Part shown: positions 1-7,917 of the stretch, piece by piece
Layout: each line of letters begins with the position of its first letter
How positions within the stretch are numbered: the first letter of the stretch is position 1
Source of the DNA: Candidatus Atabeyarchaeum deiterrae
GTDB lineage: Archaea > Asgardarchaeota > Atabeyarchaeia > Atabeyarchaeales > Atabeyarchaeaceae
Length of the DNA: 64,000 nt
NCBI GenBank assembly: GCA_037310415.1
Contig: CP147780.1
Coordinates: 1,248,001 to 1,312,000, forward strand
Reading direction: 5' to 3'
Notes under the pieces: generated by a model
The model's database searches: none
What the model saw: the letters and a program-made list of their open reading frames with translations, nothing else
Told to the model about the DNA's origin: nothing
Made by a program: the position numbers and the translations under genes

Positions 1-2
1 AG

Positions 3-587
3 AAGACTTTCAAGGCAAAGCGCCAGGGTGACAACTGGTCTAAGATTGCTGAGTCTTCGGGTTTGAAAGGAGATGAAAAGGTTCTTGATGTTGGATGCGG
101 AACTGGCAGAGTCTCAATCAGTCTGGCTAAGAAACTCCCAAGAGGCAGGGTCGAGGGCATAGACATATTTGAAGGGGTCAGTGGCAAGTCTCCGGAGACC
201 GCCATGAAGAATGCCGAAGCAGAGGGAGTAGCTGGTAGAGTAAATTTCAGATATGGAAATGCCTTGAGAATACCGTTCGGGGACAAGACATTCGATCTTG
301 TAACCATGGGGTCAGTGTTGCATGAACTACACAGCGAGAAGGACAAAGAAAAAGCTCTACGAGAGGTCTACCGTGTCCTGAAACCCGGAGGCAAGTTTGC
401 GACAATTGAAATCCTGAGAAACAAGAAGTTGGCACTGTCTGTGCTCTTGTTCGCCTTTGTCTGGAAGCCCAAGGAATACTGGTCGAAGCTAATTGAGAGA
501 AGTGGATTCAGAAACCTGACTATGCGTTCCTTCAGATCGCTAATCAACTTGGGTCTTTTCGTGGGAGAAAAGCCGACCACCCGTTGA
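3..587 (+). CDS. Class I SAM-dependent methyltransferase (5' partial)
   Basis: VLDVGCGTG motif I, PFGDKTFDLV, EVYRVLKPGG; the frame is open back to the window edge. Confidence 0.9.
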   Translation, partial: KTFKAKRQGDNWSKIAESSGLKGDEKVLDVGCGTGRVSISLAKKLPRGRVEGIDIFEGVSGKSPETAMKNAEAEGVAGRVNFRYGNALRIPFGDKTFDLVTMGSVLHELHSEKDKEKALREVYRVLKPGGKFATIEILRNKKLALSVLLFAFVWKPKEYWSKLIERSGFRNLTMRSFRSLINLGLFVGEKPTTR

Positions 588-667
588 ACTGGACATATGG
601 AGCTGCAACCCGCAGAAAAACCCGCTGGACATGCATCAAGATCCAAGAAACGCTCTAGGAATCTCGA

Positions 668-1495
668 CTAAGCTTCTGGCGAGGCCAGTAGGCTGCCCGT
701 TCTATATCCTTCGAGATCCATGGTGATGAACTTATAGCCTAGCTTCTTGAGTTCCCTTGCGATCTCGTCCATGGTCCTCATGTTGAATAGAAGGTCTCGC
801 TCTCCTTTCCCTACTTCTATTCTCGCTAAAGTCCCATGATCCCTAACTCGGATCTCCTTGACTCCAGTAATACCCTTTACTGCCTTCTCTGCTAGCTCAA
901 TTCTCCTGAGCCTCTCTTCCGTGATTCTTTCACCATAGGGTATTCGTGAGGCTAGGCATGGTGATGCTGGCTTATCATGGACTGAGAGTCCAAGTTCGCC
1001 TGCCAGTTCTCTAATGTCTTCTTTTGTGAACTTCGCTTCTACCCACGGGCTGAAGACGTTCTCTCTTTCTCCGACAGCTTTGAATCCAGGTCTATGTCCG
1101 CTAAGATCACTAGAGTTGGTTCCTTCAAAGATGGCTTTGAAGTTGAGCTTAATGGCGAAGTCTCGGAATACGTCAAGTAACTCACCCTTACAATAGTAAC
1201 ACCTGTTCTCCGGATTGCACACAAAGTTCTCATCAGAGAGTTCGTGGGTCTCAACAACGTAGTGCTTCATTCCTATTTCCACTGCCACTCTCTCAGCATC
1301 ATCCAACTCCTCACACGGATATGTTGCAGATTTGGCTGTCAAAGCCACAACATGGTCTCCCAATACATCGAAGCACACAGCTGCCAAGGTCGAGCTATCG
1401 ACTCCCCCAGAAAAGGCAACTATTGCGCCTTCTTTTCCCTTCTCCTTGATGAATCGCCTAAGTTTATTGTATTTCGCCCGCAAAGCAACGTTCAA
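668..1495 (-). CDS. larE: LarE-family ATP-dependent sulfur transferase (nickel-pincer nucleotide biosynthesis)
   Basis: PP-loop AFSGGVDSS, NRCYYCK, HRPG, PCLASRIPYG, RVRDHG, DLEGYRTGS. Confidence 0.92.
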   Translation of the reverse strand: MNVALRAKYNKLRRFIKEKGKEGAIVAFSGGVDSSTLAAVCFDVLGDHVVALTAKSATYPCEELDDAERVAVEIGMKHYVVETHELSDENFVCNPENRCYYCKGELLDVFRDFAIKLNFKAIFEGTNSSDLSGHRPGFKAVGERENVFSPWVEAKFTKEDIRELAGELGLSVHDKPASPCLASRIPYGERITEERLRRIELAEKAVKGITGVKEIRVRDHGTLARIEVGKGERDLLFNMRTMDEIARELKKLGYKFITMDLEGYRTGSLLASPEA

Positions 1496-1641
1496 CGTGA
1501 CTCAACACTCCAACAGACAAATGACAATAGCATTCTCATGCCAAAAAACTTGTTAACTAAGAACAATCCTCGTCAAAAAAGGAGGAATTTGCTGAAAGGA
1601 TTAGAGAGGTGTTTGTCCTTGCTTGTGAGTACGTCTCCTTG

Positions 1642-1788
1642 TTACTTCTTTACGTATTTCTGTGGCTCAGAATCAAACCGATCCTTGCATCCTTTCGCAC
1701 AGAAGTAGTAAGTCTTGTCCTTGTAAGCCGACTTGAATTTGGCAGTTCTCTCTTTCACTTCCATTCCGCACACTGGGTCTCTCGCCAT
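1642..1788 (-). CDS. YHS/TRASH metal-binding micro-protein, 48 aa (not in ORF track)
   Basis: Hand translation MARDPVCGMEVKERTAKFKSAYKDKTYYFCAKGCKDRFDSEPQKYVKK; DPVCGM...YYFC..GC signature; SD GGAGGTGA upstream. Confidence 0.92.
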   Translation of the reverse strand: MARDPVCGMEVKERTAKFKSAYKDKTYYFCAKGCKDRFDSEPQKYVKK

Positions 1789-1906
1789 TCAGTTTCACCT
1801 CCCTACCCTTATCTCAAAAAGCCGTGTCCACAATGTTAATGCACCGCTCCACCTAGGTCTTACGGTTCTCCGAACCTTTACTTATAGCCTATCCGCTATT
1901 TTTACT

Positions 1907-2512
1907 TTAAGTCTGAAGGTCACAACATCCACTTGCTTCTTTGGCTTTTGCCATATTGAGCTGATCGCTACCTTCTTTTATCTTACGACGATGTTCAGGA
2001 ACCACCACATACAAATTACCTGCTAAGTGCCTTATTATCTGCCAAACGCTTGCTCCGATGCCCCAGCAAAAGATTCTCTCATCCGGTGTGATTCGGATGA
2101 AGACGGGTTTACCAAGCGTTTTAGTGTGCTCCAGACTGTGTCTCAAAACTCTTGAACTATTGAATATTTCGATAGCAATTCGATCATCTGCAGGAAGCAT
2201 TTCCGCTGTTCCTTGAAACTGAACACATGACGGAGGTACAAATCTCAGAAAATAGTGAGGAACGGGAACAACGAAGGAGACGTTTGGATTCATTTGAATA
2301 TTCCTTGCCTTCCTGAGGTTAGGTCTTGTTATTAGATAGAGAGAAAATGGCAACTTCGGAGGTGTAACTCCATAGACGACTCCAACCGAATGTGCTCTTC
2401 GTTGAGGTGTCACGGTGCTGAGTATCCCAAAGTTCTTACTACGCAGCGATCGCTCCACATAATCAAACGAAAACTGCGCCGCGACCGACGCAGCCTCGTC
2501 TTCATGATGCAA
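1907..2512 (-). CDS. Pyridoxamine 5'-phosphate oxidase-like (split-barrel FMN/F420-binding) protein
   Basis: GILSTV...AHSVGVVY...RKARNIQMNPNVSFVV; probable TTG start at 2512 after SD GAGGTGA (track ORF starts 2572). Confidence 0.75.
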   Translation of the reverse strand: MHHEDEAASVAAQFSFDYVERSLRSKNFGILSTVTPQRRAHSVGVVYGVTPPKLPFSLYLITRPNLRKARNIQMNPNVSFVVPVPHYFLRFVPPSCVQFQGTAEMLPADDRIAIEIFNSSRVLRHSLEHTKTLGKPVFIRITPDERIFCWGIGASVWQIIRHLAGNLYVVVPEHRRKIKEGSDQLNMAKAKEASGCCDLQT

Positions 2513-2568
2513 AGCCTTCACCTCTTTTTTTGGAAAGTTCCATGGCATCCGCGAAACGTGAGACGGTC

Positions 2569-2715
2569 TCATCTTTCACGAATTCTTTCGAGTTTGGATC
2601 TTCTTACCGGAAGGCGGTGTATCTTCTTTCTGAAGGGAATAGATATTATGAAAAGGCCAAAGACAGCAATGTTCAATATTACGAGGCCCCAGTACCCATA
2701 CCCATAGTCATCCAT
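2569..2715 (-). pseudogene. Short membrane ORF, probably the truncated N-terminus of an isoprenylcysteine carboxyl-methyltransferase-like copper-island protein
   Basis: MDDYGYGYWGLVILNIAVFGLFIISIPF resembles the YG.W.LV..N...F..F start of that family; SD GGTGA; ends after 48 aa. Confidence 0.4.
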
Positions 2716-2725
2716 CTTCGATTTC

Positions 2726-3217
2726 TCACCGCTTTCTTTTCGCGAATTTCTTTTCCTCATTGTAGGAATGTGCGCAGTGCATGCAACAGAAGGTTGTCTC
2801 CTTCCCGTCGATCACTTCCCGGTAGCCCCCTTCATAGACCTTACAGCCGCAGTGAGCACAAACATAAAGGCTGGGTTCAATGGCAACGGAGACGAGACCT
2901 GCAAACCGTTTAAACAGTCCCTTGCAGAGTTCCCTGCCTTCTACAGTGAGTTCGAAGACTTTCTTTTCTTTCTCGCCAACTAACTTGATCGTATGGTTCA
3001 CCAAGCCTTTTTCTTCGAGCTGTTGAAGAAACGGGTAGACTAAGCTTGGGCTAATTTCCTTTCCCATTCTTTTCTTGAAGCGGTTCATAATACTGTAGCC
3101 GTGAGCTGGTCCTTCATAAAGAATTGTCAGCATGTAGAAGCGGCTGAAATCTGACAAAAACTCATCCATTTCCTCTGGTTTCACATCAGTTACCATTTCA
3201 CACCCTTCCGACGACAT
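2726..3217 (-). CDS. PadR-family transcriptional regulator with C-terminal TRASH-like Cys domain
   Basis: GPAHGYSIM...ISPSLVYPFLQQLEEKGLV...FELTVEG (PadR) followed by CAHCGC...FCCMHCA. Confidence 0.88.
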   Translation of the reverse strand: MSSEGCEMVTDVKPEEMDEFLSDFSRFYMLTILYEGPAHGYSIMNRFKKRMGKEISPSLVYPFLQQLEEKGLVNHTIKLVGEKEKKVFELTVEGRELCKGLFKRFAGLVSVAIEPSLYVCAHCGCKVYEGGYREVIDGKETTFCCMHCAHSYNEEKKFAKRKR

Positions 3218-3250
3218 GATAATGACAGCAAAGATATAAATGTTTACTTG

Positions 3251-3313
3251 AGATATATCTGTGCAAAATATTCACATAACAGATATATCGCATGGAGATA
3301 TATTTATATATCT
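3251..3313. promoter_or_regulatory. Divergent promoter region with palindromic GATATATC boxes (candidate operators)
   Basis: AGATATATCT 3251-3260, GATATATC 3282-3289, near-palindrome AGATATATTTATATATCT 3296-3313. Confidence 0.6.
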
Positions 3314-3361
3314 GATATACACCAATTGCTTTAGTGAATCACAATACTGGAAGAGATCAAG

Positions 3362-5473
3362 TTGCCAAGAGATCCTGTGTGCGGAATGACTGTTGACGCT
3401 GATAAAGCAATAAAACGAAAGATTGGAGACAGAACTTACTATTTTTGCAGTGAATCATGTGCGAGAACCTATGAACAACCAGAACAAGAACTGAAGAACA
3501 TGAAACGCCGAGTCGCGATAGCCCTACTGGGGGTTATCGCGGTTGCCGGATTACGGGTCGTGGTAACGTTCGGTCTAGTTGCGGCAATAATGACTTTGAC
3601 GATTTTCGGCATTTCTGTATACAGCTTCGCCATATTCGTAGTGTCGACTCCAATTGTTTGGCTCGCCGGCTGGGGGATCATATCAGGTGCATACAAATCG
3701 CTCAAGAATCGAGCAATAAACATGGACGTACTGGTGTCTGCTGGAGTAGTTGCTGGCTGGGGTTATGGTGCGATCAACGCCTTCTTCCCAAAGATGGCCG
3801 TTGGCGGAGAAGGCTACTTAGAGGTTTCAATAGCAATCCTCGCCTTCGTTCTGCTGGGCAAGTACATTGAGGAGAGTATTAGAAGGAGATCTGCAGCTTC
3901 AATTCGGAAATTGCTTGAGCTTCAACCAACGATCGCTAGAGTACTCAAAGACGGCAAAGAATGTGAAGTTCCAATTGACCAAGTTCAGGTCAATGATACT
4001 ATAATCATAAAACCTGGGGAGAAGATCCCCACAGACGGAGTTGTAATTGCAGGTTATTCTTCAGTTGACGAGAAAATAATCACAGGGGAAAGCATGCCAG
4101 TCGAGAAGGACGTTGGTAGTGAAGTAATAGGTGCTACAATGAACAAACGTGGGCTGCTGAAGATAAGAGCCACAAGAGTCGGCGAAGACACGGCGCTGTC
4201 ACAGATTGTTCATCTGGTCGAGGAAGCCCAAGCCTCAAGCGCACCTGTTCAAAAGTTCGCTGATCGGGTCGTCGCGAAGTTCGTACCGATAGTTTTCACT
4301 GTTGCAGCAGTTTCCTTTACCTACTGGTATATCATAAGTGGTTTCTCAGCTGCTTTCTTCGTTCTTCTCGCTGTCCTCTTGATTGCTTGTCCATGCGCAC
4401 TGGGCATAGCGACTCCAACGGCAATTCTGGCAGGAGTTGGCAAGGGTGCAGAATACGGCGTGTTGCTTAGAAGCGGTGAGTATGTTGAGAGAGCTAGGAA
4501 GCTGGACACGGTTGTTTTTGACAAGACAGGCACTTTAACGAAAGGAGAACCATCAGTAACCGACATTGTACCGTATGGCGGCTACGCAGAAAACGATGTG
4601 CTGAGATTTGCAGCCATTGCGGAGAAAGGTTCAGAACACCCGTTGGCAGAGGCAATAGTGAATGCTGCACAGCAATCTGGATTAGGTATTCCTGATGCTG
4701 ACTCGTTTGAGGCTGTCCCTGGACATGGAGTCCGATGTGCCTCTGAAGGCAATATAATACTTCTTGGAAACCGAAGGCTCATGGAAAAGGGAAGAGTGTC
4801 AATCAAACGGCTAGAAGATGATCTTCAGAAACTTGAGAAACATGGCAAGACTGCTATGATACTCGCTGTTAATGGAAAAGCCGCAGGCATAATTGCCGCT
4901 ATGGACACGATCAAAGAAAACGACATCGAAGCTATAGCAATGCTGAAAAGCATGGGCTTGCAGATAGCGATGCTTACAGGTGACAACGAGAGAACTGCAA
5001 AGGTCATTGCTGAACAACTGGGCATCGACAAGGTGATTGCGAATGTTCTGCCATGGCAGAAAGTTGATGCCATCAAAAAGCTGCAACGCAAAGGCAAGAC
5101 CGTTGCAATGGTTGGCGACGGTATAAACGACGCTCCGGCACTAGCGCAAGCCGACATCGGCATAGCAATCGGTAGCGGAACCGACATTGCCAAAGAGACT
5201 GGGGGAATAGTGCTCATCAAAGACGATCTGAGAGATGTCGCGCTTGGTATCGAGCTAAGCAAGAAAACGATGAAGAAGATCAACTCCAACCTATTCTGGG
5301 CATTCATCTACAACACAGTCATGATCCCAGTCGCTGCTCTTGGCCTGCTAAGTCCAATACTCGCAGCAGGAGCAATGGCGATCAGTTCGCTAACAGTAGT
5401 CAGCAACTCAGCATTGCTGAAGAGATCCAAGTTCGCTTTCCAGAAGTTCAGCGAGGGAACACCGAAGCGCTGA
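3362..5473 (+). CDS. copA: Cu(I)-translocating P1B-1 ATPase with N-terminal YHS domain
   Basis: [46 protein letters not shown] and MxxSS transmembrane residues. Confidence 0.95.
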   Translation: MPRDPVCGMTVDADKAIKRKIGDRTYYFCSESCARTYEQPEQELKNMKRRVAIALLGVIAVAGLRVVVTFGLVAAIMTLTIFGISVYSFAIFVVSTPIVWLAGWGIISGAYKSLKNRAINMDVLVSAGVVAGWGYGAINAFFPKMAVGGEGYLEVSIAILAFVLLGKYIEESIRRRSAASIRKLLELQPTIARVLKDGKECEVPIDQVQVNDTIIIKPGEKIPTDGVVIAGYSSVDEKIITGESMPVEKDVGSEVIGATMNKRGLLKIRATRVGEDTALSQIVHLVEEAQASSAPVQKFADRVVAKFVPIVFTVAAVSFTYWYIISGFSAAFFVLLAVLLIACPCALGIATPTAILAGVGKGAEYGVLLRSGEYVERARKLDTVVFDKTGTLTKGEPSVTDIVPYGGYAENDVLRFAAIAEKGSEHPLAEAIVNAAQQSGLGIPDADSFEAVPGHGVRCASEGNIILLGNRRLMEKGRVSIKRLEDDLQKLEKHGKTAMILAVNGKAAGIIAAMDTIKENDIEAIAMLKSMGLQIAMLTGDNERTAKVIAEQLGIDKVIANVLPWQKVDAIKKLQRKGKTVAMVGDGINDAPALAQADIGIAIGSGTDIAKETGGIVLIKDDLRDVALGIELSKKTMKKINSNLFWAFIYNTVMIPVAALGLLSPILAAGAMAISSLTVVSNSALLKRSKFAFQKFSEGTPKR

Positions 5474-5549
5474 AATTCTGTCTGGATGTCGAAACCGTAT
5501 TCCAGTAAAAACGCAACCGAGACGCAATCGTGGAGGTGAAAAAGCAAAC

Positions 5550-5747
5550 ATGGCAGAGGATCCAGTTTGTGGAATGGATATAGACGAAACAACAGCCAAT
5601 TACAAATCTGAGCATATGGATCAAACATACTATTTCTGTAGCCCAATGTGCAAAGCAGCGTTTGACAAAAAGCCAATGAAATACACAGGCTCAGGTGGAA
5701 ACTCAGAACATTCGGGCCACTCAAATCACGGTTGTGGCTGTTGTTAA
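5550..5747 (+). CDS. YHS domain protein with His/Cys-rich tail (putative metallochaperone)
   Basis: [14 protein letters not shown]; tail [13 protein letters not shown]; SD GGAGGTGA. Confidence 0.9.
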   Translation: MAEDPVCGMDIDETTANYKSEHMDQTYYFCSPMCKAAFDKKPMKYTGSGGNSEHSGHSNHGCGCC

Positions 5748-5956
5748 ATCCTGGAACAAAGGCCGTACACAAAAGACCAGACCGGATGTTCAAACTTTAA
5801 CTTTTGTGCACGGCTCACGGGCATTTCGGAAGAACGGAACAATCGGAAATTCGGGATTCTGATCACGAATGGCTATACCTACAATGTTTGGCTTCACACT
5901 TGGTACATGCTTTTAAAAGCTTGATCGAGTTCTGTTAGAAGAGGAAGATTGGAGGT

Positions 5957-6394
5957 GTGAATTTGGAAGAGAGACCGGATGTTGCGATGATTCTGTCCCT
6001 TATTGGTGGAATATTGATAGTCATAAGTAGCTTCATGATGTTCATGATGATCGGGTATGGTTGGATAGGACACGGTATGATGGGTCCTTTTGGCGATATG
6101 ATGGGTTCTCTTGGGGGTATCATGGGAGGCTACATGGACATGATGGAAAGCTTTGGTATTCCTTTTGGCTTCATGGTTGGTTGCTCGCTCATAGGAATTG
6201 TATCGGGAATACTCATAATTGTAGGAGCATCGATGCTTAATGCTCGTCCCCAAGACCATTATGCATGGGGTATCGTGATTTTGGCCTTCTCTGTGATCAG
6301 TTTTCTAGGCATGGCAGGTTTCTTCGTGGGAGCGATATTGGGGATCATAGGTGGAGCACTTGCGATGAGCTGGAGACCGGAAGCCAAGGAGTGA
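5957..6394 (+). CDS. Met/Gly-rich multi-pass membrane protein
   Basis: About four hydrophobic helices; loop GHGMMGPFGDMMGSLGGIMGGYMDMM. Confidence 0.75.
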   Translation: MNLEERPDVAMILSLIGGILIVISSFMMFMMIGYGWIGHGMMGPFGDMMGSLGGIMGGYMDMMESFGIPFGFMVGCSLIGIVSGILIIVGASMLNARPQDHYAWGIVILAFSVISFLGMAGFFVGAILGIIGGALAMSWRPEAKE

Positions 6395-6885
6395 AAAAGT
6401 CATCTCCCGAACCGAATGACTTTGCTGGGGCTTTTCAAGCAGCAAGGTTAACAACAGTGCCTACTCAGTGCAAAGATTCGCTATCCAGCTGTCTGCATTA
6501 TATTAGGGCAAAGAACGCCAGAATCTTCTGTCTATGGTTCTACCTTACCCGTTTTCTAGTGCCCTAGGCTCCTAGCAGACTTTCTGGTTCTTCCGCAGGG
6601 TTTAGAGTTCTATTCCAGAAGCGCTCAACAACAATATGGCGAAGCGTGTTCTCTCCAAAACTTCTACAGTGAGCCCGTGCTTCTCACGAACCTGGAGAAC
6701 GAACTAATAGCAGTTGAGGGGGGAATAGGTAATCTCACTAATCCATTCAGGTTTTCGTGAGCATGGGCATCCAGACGATTTCACCGTTAGCTGCTCTCGG
6801 TCTTCTGGCTCATGAGTATCCTGAGTAGATGTGGGTGATATTCTTCTCTCAGAATTACCTTTCCGTCATTGTCTATCTATCCTTC

Positions 6886-7056
6886 TCAGTGACAACCTCC
6901 CTCTTGTTCGTCTTCTTTGTGATGTCCCATATGCATTAGCCTCATGTCTAAGACTAATCCCAGTCCAAATCCTGCGATTGGTCCTATTAATGTCCATGGG
7001 CCGCCCAGCAATGCGCCTAGATAGAGTCCGACAAATAGTCCCAAACAACAAATCAT
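6886..7056 (-). CDS. Small membrane protein with Cys/His/Met motifs, 56 aa (not in ORF track)
   Basis: Hand translation MICCLGLFVGLYLGALLGGPWTLIGPIAGFGLGLVLDMRLMHMGHHKEDEQEGGCH; GAAGGT upstream; divergent from the 7193 operon. Confidence 0.75.
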   Translation of the reverse strand: MICCLGLFVGLYLGALLGGPWTLIGPIAGFGLGLVLDMRLMHMGHHKEDEQEGGCH

Positions 7057-7103
7057 TTTGTGCTACCTTCCTTTCTGACTTGTTTCAATTATAATTCGAG
7101 CCG

Positions 7104-7185
7104 AGATATGTCTAATGCGGATATATCTGCACGAGCGTGTTGGTTGCGATAACTAATATATAAATATATCTGTCTGTGATATATC
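7104..7185. promoter_or_regulatory. Second divergent promoter region with GATATATC boxes
   Basis: AGATATGTCT 7104-7113, GATATATC 7120-7127 and 7178-7185, ATATATAAATATATCT 7156-7171 (reverse complement of 3296-3311). Confidence 0.6.
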
Positions 7186-7192
7186 CAATGGA

Positions 7193-7843
7193 GTGATAAT
7201 TCTGAGGCAAATAATCGACGAAGAATGGGAGCAGAAGAAAGGAACAGACAAGATGAGATACGATATGGTCGCCAAGTTCTACGATCAATTCGAATCGCCG
7301 ATGGAGTTTTTCACCTTCGCGAATTGGAGAGATCATCTGTTCGATAAGATGAATCCCAAGAACGGTGACCTTGTTTTGGAGATTGGGGTAGGAACCGGTA
7401 GGAACATACCGCATTATAGAAGGGGTAGATATGTAGCTTTTGACATTAGTGCGAAAATGATTTCGCGCGCGAAAACGAGGAAAGACAGTAAAGATGTATC
7501 TCTTCTCATCGCCGATGCTGAATCCCCACCGTTCAGAAACAACATGTTCGACGAACTTTTCTCCACTTTCGTATTCTGTTCGGTTGAGAATCCATTGAGA
7601 GGATTAAAGGAAGTCCGTAGAACGCTGAACCCCACTGGGAAGGCGCTATTCCTTGAACACATGCTACCAAACAGCAAAATCCTGCGACCAATCTTTCACT
7701 TCTTGAATCCCGTAGCCAAAGTCATCGGCCCAGAAATTGATAGGAGAACCGACGAGAACATTAAAGAAGCTGGGTTTGAGATAGCTATGCAAGAGAATCT
7801 ACTCCTCACAGTCTTTAGGCTCATTGAATCGAGGAAACCATGA
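7193..7843 (+). CDS. Class I SAM-dependent methyltransferase (start uncertain)
   Basis: VLEIGVGTGRN, DAESPPF, TFVFCSV, FLEH. Confidence 0.88.
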   Translation: MIILRQIIDEEWEQKKGTDKMRYDMVAKFYDQFESPMEFFTFANWRDHLFDKMNPKNGDLVLEIGVGTGRNIPHYRRGRYVAFDISAKMISRAKTRKDSKDVSLLIADAESPPFRNNMFDELFSTFVFCSVENPLRGLKEVRRTLNPTGKALFLEHMLPNSKILRPIFHFLNPVAKVIGPEIDRRTDENIKEAGFEIAMQENLLLTVFRLIESRKP

Positions 7844-7917
7844 ATCAGCGATGAGTTTATTCCTCAAAAGTCTGGTTATGCCTAACCTATGTGTGCTCTG
7901 GCAGAAAACTCCTTCCG

